The notes under the pieces are model-generated. The model made no database searches and was not told the origin of the DNA. It saw only the letters and a program-made list of their open reading frames with translations. Positions 22,814-34,975 of a stretch of DNA of 64,000 nucleotides are shown here, one piece after another. Position numbers and translations under genes: made by a program. Each line of letters starts with the position of its first letter. The first letter of the stretch is position 1. Origin of the DNA: Phoronis australis (Eukaryota; Animalia; Phoronida); assembly GCA_002633005.1 (NCBI GenBank), contig NMRA01000425.1, forward strand, positions 336,333-400,332, given 5' to 3'.

Positions 22814-25800
22814 ATGCTTTTGGCTCAGAACTCCATGTTAAACGTCGTTAGCGTTGTTTCTGTGTTACTCGTGTTGTTTTTTGCCCAGGTCGAAGGCCAG
22901 AAAAATGGTGTGAGTTACGGCAACGGTGCTGAGAACACGCGCGTGGAAGGCTCAAAAACCACTGTAGTCCCGTACCCTGTCCGCTGTTCGTTCAAATGTG
23001 CTGCAGAATGTTCTCGCGATGAATCGTGCGATGCGTTCGCGTTTCACGAGTGTGGTAACCTCTGTCACAAATATTGTATTAACGACAATTCCCCAGGAAC
23101 ACTGATGACTGCAAATGGTTGGATGTACTATGAAAAAGAGTCTAATAACACAGGAAGTTGTACAACTGTGCCAGGTAAATAGTTTATCACATCTACATGT
23201 GGCCTTCTTTTTACCTAGATCAGCATCAAATGGTGTAATATGGCCCGTCCATTTGCTTACAAACGCATATTTGAAGTACTGTAGAGCGTTTGCAGGACGA
23301 AAATAGCTAAAGAGTTTCTGTTAAACAAGTAAGCAAGTACGTCTTTTGCGATAGGTATTTTTTTCATTCTCAGTTTCTTTTTATTTAATTTAAATATCAG
23401 TTTGAAAACATACCAACAAATAACTCAGCCACGCTCAGATTGTATCATTCCGATGGAGGTGCCGCGTTAAATGCTGAGGCAAGGGCTTAAACGGGTGTAC
23501 ACGTTTACTGCATGCGTACGGAAAATTAACAAAAATGGTGACTTCAACTACTGGAACACTGGGATATAATTTAAACAGAAACAACACTTAAAGCACTAAA
23601 TTGTCCTTTCAAAGGTACTCTTCCCGGTTACAATGTCTCTAACTGAACCAAAGCATTATGGGCAATGCAGCTTACCAAATGTTCTTAAGCCCCGTTTACA
23701 TGCAGAACTTTTACAAACGTACGTGAATATACACCATACGCAAATTTAAGCCCGGATTTAAATGGTACTTTACATCGCGTTGGTATGGGGGGAAAGAAAA
23801 GCAATATTTGCGCTTATCAGTACACTATAAACTTCGCAGCGAAACCGACACAAGCAACTTCCTTTAGTAACGAAAATATTCTTTTAGAACATCTGCCTTA
23901 AATCTGGTTATGAGCTCTGAGGCTGGGGTAAAAATCTTCACGGAATTGCTTTCGGAACTATCTCGCAAGTACATGTATGAACATATAAAGAAAGATCGAT
24001 AGACTGGTTGCAAAAAATATTTAATAATGTAAATTTCAAAGGCGAAGGCTGGTTTAAAAAAATATGATGGCAGATGCCCTTCTATAAGGCCTACTCATTT
24101 TGCTAAGTATTCCTCGAACGTATTACAAACGTATAAGACAATCAACGGTTGGAGACAAGCTGTAATGAATGCGTACGTGTATATGACTAACCGAACTGTT
24201 GGTAGCGTGGCCGAGGTAGAAAGCAAATATTTCCTGCGAACGTGGAGTTAGCACAGTTACAGCCCATAGTCTCCTGCACAGACCCTCGAGGTTGGTTCAC
24301 AAGTTATCCGTGACGTCATCTTGTGAGGCCCGGGAACCAGGTTATTACAGCCCATTACTTGATGGTTTATGCTAAGCCCAGTTTCATCAAGGCCATCACT
24401 TGAATGATAAATTTTGGGATTTCCCAAATTCGGCAGTTTAGTAGAGATATCGATTTAAGTGGCATATCAACGAGAGCATCTGAAATGTTCGCGTTTTAGT
24501 TTCAACAACATGGTTCCACCATTCGATTTTTTGGGCGTGTGATTGCTGAGATTATATCATTGGTGACGTAAACACAAAACGCCAAGTCACGTTCATGACA
24601 TGCTGCGTTTTGGAAATTCAGCGTTCAAAGTGAGGAACGAACTTGGCAAAATGAACCAAAAAGCTTATTTGTCCATGACGAAGTTATTAGTATACCTATT
24701 ACACCTCTTAGGGATGTACTAAAAAGTACAAAGACTAATGTAATTTTAGAGATGTTACTGGTGTCAGTTAATTTGTAAAATTTTTCATGAACTGATCTAG
24801 TGATAAGATTGTGTCCGACATCTTGGGATTCTCTGTAGGCTGACCGGCTGATAAATGTTTTTTCGGGTTCCTGTTACCTTCAGTTGCTTTTTCGGTTGTA
24901 TTTCAGTTATAGATTCAAGGCTGCTAACTTCAGACCACGCGACTCTGTTGTCTAAGTGGTTACCAAGTAAAGTATTTAGGCTCCTTTACCGGGCCACCAG
25001 AGACGGTATGTCGGCGTCAACGTTCCACGATAAGTGTGACCTTAAAGGTGCCACAGTCTCTATCGGAAAATATCATGGATCTAATGACACTATTGGCGGT
25101 TATGCCTCCAAGTCTTGGGATAACTCTAATAAGTACAAGAGTGATGCCAATGCATTCGTATTTCGGTTGTGTGGTCATGGATGCTCGTCAGCCAGGTACA
25201 ACCAGTTCAAGTTCCATCAATACGCACTGTTCTCTGTTACAAACATGGGCCCAACCTTTGGTTGTGGTTTCGACTTGAATTTCTTTACCCTAACAGTTCA
25301 TTATGACAACTCTAACAAGTATTTCTTGTCTGACGGTTACTGCAAGGGTCTATACACTTACAACGGTGACCTTGGCTGCGGAAGAAATGTTAAGTGGACA
25401 GACGTTGAGGTGTGGAATGTCGTTGGTAAGACTTGCTCTTCGCTTCGAAATGAACTGATCTTTGGGACCACTGTCTACTATGTGACGTGCAAGCAAAATA
25501 TGATTATTTACTCAAACCGTGTTTTAAAGCAAATTCTGTTTTGTAATTATTGAATCGCCAGATCAGTGTAGCAAAATGCCAGGCACTCAGAAAATCGACT
25601 TAGCGAATAGAAATGATTCAAACCGATGTTGTGTTTGTGTGATATTTTTCAGCATAACCTACTTGCTGCGTCTCTCTTTAATTAGTCCACTCTGTGCCGA
25701 ATATTTTGAGTTTTGAATAGTGTTCTGTGCAATTTATAGCTCGTAACGCATTACCATAGGACTAGAATAAAGCGCTAAGTTAATCCAAAAACAACCAATG

Positions 25801-26881
25801 GTTATCCTTGTGTCGAAAATAATAAAAGTATTTCTTATTTGTCTCTAGGACTGAACAACAATTACGAATGCCAGAATATTAAATCAAATTCACTGACTAT
25901 TTCTCAGTGGCCTCTGGTGACCAAATATGATGTTCAAACACACTTTGTCCATTGTAAGGGTGTCCTGCACGTGCGTTTTCTTCAACTTCCCTGGCAAGGG
26001 TTCTTTGTTCTTGTTAGGTAGATATAATTTGCAAAGGATATTTCACCCAGTTCTGAATGTTTGCTTCCTATGTCCCAACAATATATTACTACACCCGATG
26101 GATGCTTTTATTGTGATTCTGTGAACTTTGCGAAGGCGTTCCATAGAGTTCTTTGAGAGATACTATAAGGTATATTACAAAAATCTATGCACATAAAGAA
26201 ACGTGCTTTAAGTCTTGAAATTTATGAATAGTAAATTTCAGTTGTATGTAGGAACTTAAGATGGACAGCAACTTTCATGACTTCTCCATCGGCACCTGAC
26301 ATGGGTTTTTGCTTGGTGCAGGCTTCGTTGGTGATACATTGGAACAAAATTATTTAACCACTAGACAATGTCCAAAATATGTAACAGAGATTTGATATAA
26401 TAAAGTCAGGCTGCTGCTCATTCTGTAGGCTTTCATGAGGGCATGCAATCTGTATTATTCTTGGCAAAACATTTATTTCAATTCATACTTCGTTCTTCTG
26501 ATTTGTCTGCTTCTAGATTGGCATGCTCTTATCCGCCTTGATGTATTGGCATCGTCTACTCGTTTATGTCAGGAGTTTATGGTTTCGACGGTCTGATTGA
26601 TCAGAAAAGCGACATCTGACGACTTGGTGCTGTGTGATTATCTACGGCCTAGCTGCAAATTTTCATACCGCGTTTTAGCCAATTACAGCGGACATGTCAG
26701 TGGTCGTGTCATAAAATGTAGGTTGTCAATACTCCAACGGAGCCACAATATTGGGGGGGGGGGGGGGGGGGGGTCTGGTGATAGAACGCGTTTTAGTTGT
26801 AGTAATTGGTGAACTGACCAGCACCCCCACAACTCGATTTATTGTAATTATTAATCTGTCTCTATTTCAGATATGTCCTGA
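22814..26881 (+). CDS. Predicted secreted PAN/Apple-like + TLDc domain protein, 296 aa; exons 22814-23174, 24907-25425, 26871-26881
   Basis: Exon 1: hydrophobic signal (VVSVVSVLLVLFFAQVEG) and CAAECSRDESCDAFAF..C..Y..GWMYY (PAN/Apple pattern). Exon 2: complete TLDc (LLYRATRDG, FHDKCD.KGAT, IGGYASKSW, DANAFVF, GPTFG.G.DL, DVEVW). Exon 3: DMS*. Both introns are phase 1 GT-AG; 891 nt in frame; AATAAA downstream (~27107, ~27480). Confidence 0.8.
26090..26580 (+). mobile_element. Highly decayed LINE RT/3' fragment
   Basis: NFAKAFHRV (cf. DF.KAFD.V) near 26125 and DWHAL (cf. .WN.LP) near 26516. Confidence 0.4.
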
Positions 26882-28390
26882 CTCGCTGGGAAGACAGAGT
26901 GTACACTCTTAACTAACCTAGCTAGATTCATCAGCGAACTTTTTAAGTGGAGAAGTTATGAACGACTAAAAATATAAAGGAAGAATTAGGAAGAAAACAC
27001 ACTCTCGTTTACGTAAATGTGTAAAAAGGAACTCATCATTTGTCGTCTACGCTACGCATTCTTTATGTCATACGCGTTGAATCTGTCGAGGGAAATACGG
27101 CCATGTAATAAAGTTTTCCGTATTCACCTCCCGCACTACTTCAGCAGTGACCTCTGACATGGAAAGTTCAAAAGGTAGGTCAATCTTGACTCCACGTCGT
27201 TAGCCGGTTAGATCATCAAACTTTCGGAAAATAGTATATAAAGTAATGCAATTGTAGCAGTGTAAATAACACTCAACATGCAATCAGGTTTCAATCGTAA
27301 CATCTGGAACAGGACTGTTAATTGTATGACGTTCTAAATATTATACCGTCTGCAACTCAGGCGCCGATTCCTCGGTAACTACAATATCTAATATTGTTGC
27401 TATTTAACTATTTTCAGGAGATGTTACAAGTTCAGTGCAAACTTACCGTTGTTTTCATCTCTGTTATTTCTTTTGAAGCAATAAATCGTCACATTTAAAA
27501 CTGTTTCTTTTACTAGAGAAAACTTGCAGCCTAACGCGCAAGTACATACATATAGGATGTGATCCGCCACGTGAACAGTCTGAGTGAAGTATTTAAATAA
27601 TCTGCGGAAAAATTAAAAAAATTAGGAATTTGAAGCGTATGGGACATTATTCCGTATATGCGTAATAATGTCTGATGGGATATTACTTCATGTACGGGCC
27701 AATCGAGGTGCGTTTTGTGTATGTACTTGCTAGTTCGAGCAGGCGGGTATAGCTTGCTCTACGCGTGCGTTCTAACGAGTAGTAAATGCATGTCAAATAC
27801 GGTTTACAATGCACTGAAACACAGTAGAAATCATTTTTGAGAATTCCAGTATCAAACCAATTAACTTAATTTGCGTTTTGTTATCAATTACTTTTTAATT
27901 ACAATACAAATGTGAAACGTGCCTTTCACCCCATCCGTGACGCGACCTCACTTCCAAAACTTTAAAAATGAAGAAAATCCTAAACAAATACACAAAATAT
28001 TCCTGACGTCACTCAGATGCCGACGTAAGCTGTTGGAATGACTAAATGTCCCACTGTGTGATCTAGAATTCCACAAGTGTGGCAATCGTGAATTTGAATG
28101 CCTGGAGCATGACACAAATTGACACAGATCAGATGCCACGGAACGAGAAGGTCAAGCTCAAGTATCTGTGTAAACAGCCGAGTTCAGTAATATGCTAGGA
28201 CCTCGAACAACAATAGAGATTACGTAGACCTGAACCTACTGGCCCCGTTTTTTTGTTTTTTTAGTCCTCGATATTTTTCAAGAAAGGTCCGCATGCCGAA
28301 AAATTCGAGCCCCCTATATTTTAGGCTGGGTGCGCGCATGCGCACTAAGAAAGAAAGTAAGTAAACTAGAAAGATTATTGTCACGGCGTG

Positions 28391-29600
28391 ACAAGAATGG
28401 ACTCTGCGCGTGCCTATTAAAGGAATTGTTATGGGAAGTTACTGACAGCAACCCGTTTACCAATATGAAAAGGAATTCTTTAAAATTGTAGGAGAAATTA
28501 CATGTTAATATTTTGATGACCTTTCCACTAAGCTGACCTCTTCCGGTGCATTATGAGCCCCGATGAGGGAATAATTGTAAAACCAATTCAAAATGTGGTT
28601 AAATGCTAAGAATCACTTTTATTTAGACACTTAAGAACACAACATGAATGAACTGGTCAAACTTTCAGTAGAAAAATGCACCTAATGACACCATCTGTGC
28701 ACCAAATGACCCAAAAATTTAAAATTCAAACTCAATCGCATTTACTAAACAGATATGTAATTTTGAAGTCTCTAGCTCAAAATTTTAATTTTGCACTCAA
28801 TGACCTTTGACCTATTTTTTCTGACTGGTTAGGCCTATTGCGTAGTTAAGTAGGTTGTTCAATTGGCATGTTGACTTACACTAGTGTGCTGAAATTGAAA
28901 GAATTCCTTGAAAAACGTAAGAGATATAACATTTTGAACGTGAGATGATCTTTGTACTAATTGACCCTATCCGGTGCATTCTAAGCGTCTTTAGGAGAAT
29001 TATTGCAAAGCCCATGGAAAATGTGTTTAACGCTGAGAATCACAGTTGTCTAACGGTTGACACATCAGAATACTTGCTGATTGAAAAGGTCAAATTTTCA
29101 GAAGTAAAATGCACCTAATGACCCCATGTTTGCACTAAATGACCTGAAACTTTGGATTCCAAATTGAATTACCTGTGCCAATCAGACCTGTAAATTTGAA
29201 GTGTCTAGCTCAAAATTTTAGTTTGCACCTAATGACCTTTGACCTGTTTAACCTGATTGGATGACCCGATTACTTAGAAAAGTATTTTTTAAATTGCCTT
29301 ATTGACTTATACCTGTGTACCGAATTCAAATAGAATAGCTTTTAAAATAAAGAAGGAGTAGCATTTTGAAAATTACATGACCTTTGCACCAAATGACCTC
29401 TTCCGGTGCATTATGGAATATGATTACATAACGAATTAAAATTTATGTACTGTCAAAAGTCATATGCTGAATTTAAAGACTGTACCTGCACCCAATTTGG
29501 AGTTATTAAGCCTCAAAGTTGGTCAGAAGAAGAATAAGAAGAATAAAATTGAAGAAAAACCCAGGAACAACAGTACTCTGCGCTTACAGGCGCAGAGTAA
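28391..29600 (+). mobile_element. HINE-like element, family B
   Basis: 5' ACAAGAATGGACTCTGCGC, ~420-bp internal tandem units (TGACCTCTTCCGGTGCATTATG), (AGA)n microsatellite, 3' hairpin TACTCTGCGC-TTACAG-GCGCAGAGTA repeating the 5' subterminal motif. Confidence 0.65.
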
Positions 29601-30099
29601 TGATCATTAAACATCGACTTAAGCGAGTGTTGTAGGGGCCAAATTAAGGTGAACAATATTGTTTCTGCGATGGGATTCTCACCCACAAAATCATTGTATT
29701 TCAATTTCAATATTGAAACGTCAAAAGATCAAAAATTATATCATTGATTCTGTGTCTAATCTTTATACTAGAAATCAAACGCAATGATTTTCTTGGATGA
29801 TTTTTAAAAAATCCTAGTTTGCACTTGATGATACTAACATAAAAGCTATGAGTTTTTATTTGAAATCTCCTGTTGTTACCAATATTGGTTCATAGATTCT
29901 ACACAGTACGCACGTATCTCCACTAACATGGTTCATCAGCAAGATGGCGGACCACTCCGCACAACGAAAACCACGTGACTTCAACTCTAGTTATATCAGG
30001 AAGAGATAACCAGGTTATGTCTTCCTGGTTATATTTATCTCATGGGCAATAACAGTCAATGGCAGGTCACATGATGACAGCTTTGACGTCACCGACGAC

Positions 30100-30627
30100 G
30101 ACGGATGGTTCACGCACCAGCGGCACTGAAGACGCTGGCCAACTAATAGACACCGGCTCCTGTCCATGGGAAATACTCTCGTGCAAATTCCGTCTTTATC
30201 TGCAGTGCTCTCGCTCGTCTTTCTAGTGACAACTGTTCTTCTTTAACCTACGATTCTAACATCAAAATTCTTCTTCTTCACAAGCTGTCGCCTCAGCCTC
30301 GCGTTCTCTGGCTCGTATGTCACGCATTTTCGCTCTTGTTTCACGCTCCAACTGCTGCTGCTTGATCCGCGACTCCAGTTTTGCCTGCTGTTCCTTGATC
30401 AACATCTCCTCTTCCAAGCCTTGTTCACGCGCCAGCAACTTGGCCTTCTTCAACCTGACGCTAGCAACTGAAGACTGCGACTTAGCACTCAAAGCAGTAT
30501 TTGCGGTGTGAGCGGATACAGAGCTAAAGGCGTCCTCACCATACACACTAGACGCAACAACGACAACTTGTTGTCCCTCTTGCTCCTCCGCCTCACCTGG
30601 TGATTCGTCAGAATCGGACGGTCTCAT
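30100..30627 (-). mobile_element. Gag-like coiled-coil fragment of a decayed LTR retrotransposon (BEL/Pao-like)
   Basis: 121-aa ORF with Ser-rich SSVSAHT..SQSSVASVRLKKAKLLARE followed by an E/Q/R coiled coil; no introns, ends in stops. Confidence 0.4.
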
Positions 30628-31214
30628 GGTCGGTTGGTGGAGCTTCCATTCCCACGAATGTCAATTGTGCTCGGACAGCACTGTTATAACGAATGTAGCA
30701 GCCTCTGGCTACAGGGATAAGTTGAAAGATGCCGTTTGCAGTGGCGGATCTAGGATATCACAAGGGGGCCCAACATTTTGTCTGTAAGCATTTGCGCGAA
30801 CCACGATTGTAGATGCGCATAGCACCGAAGGGGGGGAGGTCAAAAATTTTCTGTTTTTTCCTCTAAAAATCAAGCATTTTCCTTGATTCCTGAAGTATTA
30901 CTCAAAAAAAAAAAATGCAAAAAACCCAGAGAACGTGTCCAACAAAGAAAAATTGGATATACCGCAGACTCGAACTAAAGACCCGGCGGAAACAACGCGC
31001 GTGCTTAAACATCATTCTTTAGATTCTCGTCGGAGACATTGCCGAGTACACCGAGAGTTGAACTCGGGAACCACGTGCGAGTGCGGAGCATCCACCCTTC
31101 AGCCACTTGGTGATTTACTTTAGAGGGTCTTTATTACTCTCTGACACAGCGCCACCTATACTGATAAGGGGCCCCGTGGAAACGTGATGAACGACACACG
31201 GAATATCCTGTGAC

Positions 31215-31738
31215 GGGCCGTTGGGGGGAAAGTGACGCCGGAAAAATACGAGCGTAACTGTGTACATTACGCCGTTATTTACGCCGTAAAATTACGCGCG
31301 TAATTTAATTCTTTGCGGCGTAAAATTACGCTCGTAATTTGTTTCAAACTCTTAGCCAATGACGTTGGGTTTTACAATCCACGATCGCGCGCGCTCATGG
31401 AAATACTTATTTACTGGCGGATTTCATGTCTACGATACGAGCGCTGAATCATGGCGGATCAAATCGCTGCTGCCATGTCAGCGATTGTGCAAGAACGAGC
31501 TGCCTAGCAACAGTCGTGTATGTTAGGTCATCACTGATTGGTTTAAATTTGGAACGTTGTTAAGGTATTTTACGAGCGTAATTTACGGCGACATTTCCCC
31601 CATTTAATTTACAAGGGTAATTTTACTGCAACACTTTTGCAATTTAACTAACGCTCGTAATTACGAGCGTACGGCGAAACTTTCCCCCATTTAATTTACG
31701 AGCGTAATTTTACGGCGACACTTTCCCCTCAACGGCCC
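31215..31738. mobile_element. MITE with internal palindromic TTACG(A/C)GCGTAA arrays
   Basis: TIRs GGGCCGTTGGGGGGAAAGTG / CACTTTCCCCTCAACGGCCC, with AC on both flanks. Confidence 0.65.
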
Positions 31739-31779
31739 ACCATAATATCCGTATGTGTGCATCAATGCTCATGCCTTGG

Positions 31780-32128
31780 TCGGAAGTATACCGATCCCAT
31801 CGCCACTTGCACACACCTTTATGACTTAATGTACTGCACTTGTTTAGGCTTAAAGTATTCTTGCCAACTATCCGCGGCACTAAAAGATGTTGATGCTCAC
31901 GAGAGTCTCTACACTTTTCCAGAAATGTTTAGGGTTGTTCTTGTGATGGGGTATATTGGCTAACACACCGGACTCAAAAGCTTTTCCCTTTTCGCGAAAC
32001 ATGTTTTTAAAATACTTTTTATTCTGTTCACATACAACTTTATTTCCGGGCGTTGACATTTTGCGGCAATATTTTACTTTTGAAAGCCTTCGCGTTCTGT
32101 AAAGCTCTGTTCGTCCGATGACGTCCAA
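31780..32128 (-). mobile_element. LINE ORF2 fragment (EN-RT linker)
   Basis: KKYFKNMFREKGKAF..KNNPKHFWKSV resembles the N..PK.FW linker motif of non-LTR ORF2. Confidence 0.45.
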
Positions 32129-34557
32129 ATTTAAGTGTCATTGACGAAGAAGCTTCTGTGCCATAAGCGAAAACATAGGTGGCGCAACACCGAAATAAGT
32201 GCACGAGGGAGGGCTATAGCCCCCAGCCCCATATATGTTGCTCATCCCGATGTCCATGAGCGGCACAGCACTGAAATAAGTGGGGGCTATAGCCCCCTAT
32301 GATGCGCCGCCCATGTGGAAAAGACATTTTATAACCTCATCTATCCTATTATTTTCTATCAAAAAATTAAAGAACCAAAAGAGTTGGGGATGTCATTCGT
32401 AAACGTTTGAATGAATTCTTCACATTCCATCTCTCCTAAAACTCAACTATAATTAAAAAAAATATGCAACGGCTCGTTCAAGCCCTTGCTTGCAGGTGCA
32501 AAGTGGCAAATGCCACCGAACGACTCTACTCTAAAATCTTGAATGATACGACGTCACCAGGTGGTTATATTAACTAGACTGTATACATCTGACTAGGGAC
32601 GAACTGCCTTTTTATCCGCCATGTCGGTTTTAGATTGAAGGCTTTGGCTTGGTTTGCTTTGGTGTCCTCATTGCAAGAGTTTAGTCAAAAGCATTGGGGA
32701 AAGTCGTAGTTGATATTTGTTAATAGGCCAAAATCGGATCTAGTGTCCTTTTAAATATTTATCGTGAGGGACACAGGCCGGAAGCGCAGGTAATCATAAA
32801 TTCATCGGTTGCTTTCGTTTTAAAACGCAATTACCTAACTGACGTCAGGCATGTGCTATAGGTTATTGAATTTTTTCATTATTCAGGTTTAAATTGGCTG
32901 TTCGTTATTGCTACGGACAAGGCTCTTGAAAGGTGTTCATCACAGCGGGTTAGTTTCAGCCGCCCAAACAAAATGGCCGCCAGAGAAAGTCACGGACCAG
33001 TTGTTTTGATAGACCGGATTGTCGCCATTTTGATGTGTGCAAAGGTTGCTGGGATTTTTTTGGTCTCGTTCCCCTGAACACGCCTGTAAGGCGCTGCGTG
33101 TGGGTGATTATCAGAGCGACCTAAAGGAAACGTGTAGGTTTTACCTATCACTTCCAGACTTAGTTGCGTGAAAGGCGTACCAATGTGACCATTAATACGA
33201 CAAGCAAATGCAAAACATTTTTAATCTGATGCCGTGTTACAGAAAAAACGCACTCCGCTACATTCCGAAACCCCATGGGAGTAAAATATTTTGGTTAAAA
33301 GATCCGAGATTACCACTAGATTATTCGTCTTCCAAACAATGAGCTGATCTTTTAGTCTTTTAACTTAGTTAACTTCCATTTTAATTTAAACCAACATCTG
33401 CTTTTTTAATGAATTTCGGAAATTTCCGAGTGAGTGTTATTTTCTTAAAAACTGCCGACGGAAATAAGGAAGTTATTTAGGAAACATTCTTTGAATGCTA
33501 GGCATAACTGTGCGCCATCTGCAGGATGTTACAATAACATTCCATTTATAATTGAGTTAAAATTCTCGCTTCATGCAAATTTCCTCTTTTGAACGAGAGC
33601 TCTTTCGGGACACTCTTTAAGGGGTTCAGTTTTTGGAAATTTGAAATAGATGTTACAGTATGCTTACAACTTCTAACCGAAAATCAAACTTAAGGGTTTA
33701 ATCTGGCTATACATATACACAAACAGTGGGCCACTGCAATCAGAGAGCCAAATAACACTGCGTATTTTTTAAATGATGGGGTGCACCAGAGAATCAATTT
33801 CAAGCAAGGTTTTACTCAACTGGTTCAGGTATAAGCGTGTGCGCCTTAATTATTCCGAATAATTATACGCTAAGGCTCGATGTACAGCAAATGTAGGGTA
33901 AAAATTCAGTTCTGAATTTCTCAAGAAATGGTAACATTTAAAATGTTAGAATAATTTCTTTCGCAGATACTGTTATGAAATTTTCGTTTTGAAAGTTTTA
34001 TTTTAAATGCAATATTCGAATAGTTCGACACACACCTGTTTCTGAATTTAAAAAAACAGATAAGAAATGTGACTTAAACAACCGAAAACTTTTGTATAAT
34101 GTTGCCATACTATGTTCCTGCTAGGTGTGCTACATACTTGTGCCATTCATTAAATTAACCAGCAGGCAGCAGTTGGAGTTTGAGGTAAGCCAAGTGTCAT
34201 TCTGCATTCAATGGCATGTTGATGAGGTCTCTTGGACTGACCTTTGACCTCTTTGCAACCTGAAACAGTTTTTATCTTGTATTATTGTTCAGGTTTCTTG
34301 GTTTGACCTTTGAGGCTTTTTGCAATGTGTAACAATATTTATCTTGTATTCTTTACAAACATCACCTCTTTACACTTGTGTACAAGTTGTGAAGGTAAGG
34401 AAACAAAAGTTTGAAAGTGCAGTTGACACTTTTTTGGGTTCTTAGAGTGGTTAGGACACTCATTAAATTCACTGTGTTTGTAAGTTCATAAACTAGAAAT
34501 CCACATATCATTTGACATAACATGTATATGTATACAACAGCCAATAGAAAAAAAATA

Positions 34558-34563
34558 TTTATT
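34558..34563 (-). other. Candidate polyadenylation signal of SFI1
   Basis: AATAAA on the minus strand ~410 nt after the SFI1 stop, followed by T-rich sequence. Confidence 0.5.
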
Positions 34564-34975
34564 AGACTTTAGACACATTTTACCAATACACTGAACAGAC
34601 AGCACATACATATAACACAACTGAATAACTCTCGCCTACAAGACAGTGGGGTTGTCACTGGGAATTCCAAAATGTGAAGAAGCTTACTCGAGATGGCTTA
34701 TATCAGACATTTGTCTATATGCTCAAAGGCATGGATTCCTATCACACAATCACACTTACCAGCAAGCCAATGAACTTCAATGATCTAAAACTAGAATATA
34801 GCGCTTTGCATGACACCTGTTTGCAACAATCGTCTGCTTTCAGGATCTGTTTTTCCTGACAACTTTGCGCTAAGCAGGAGGGGGAAGCATATGGGATAAT
34901 GCAAAATATGGGGTGGACTGAGCACATACAGTAAATTAAGTTATGAAATAAATATTGAGCACCATCGGATTTCCG

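Noticed and set aside
24855-25553. 232-aa ORF as a stand-alone intronless TLDc gene
   Set aside because: Its first 17 and last ~42 codons are intron-like; strong acceptor (24906) and donor (25426) sites bracket the domain exactly.
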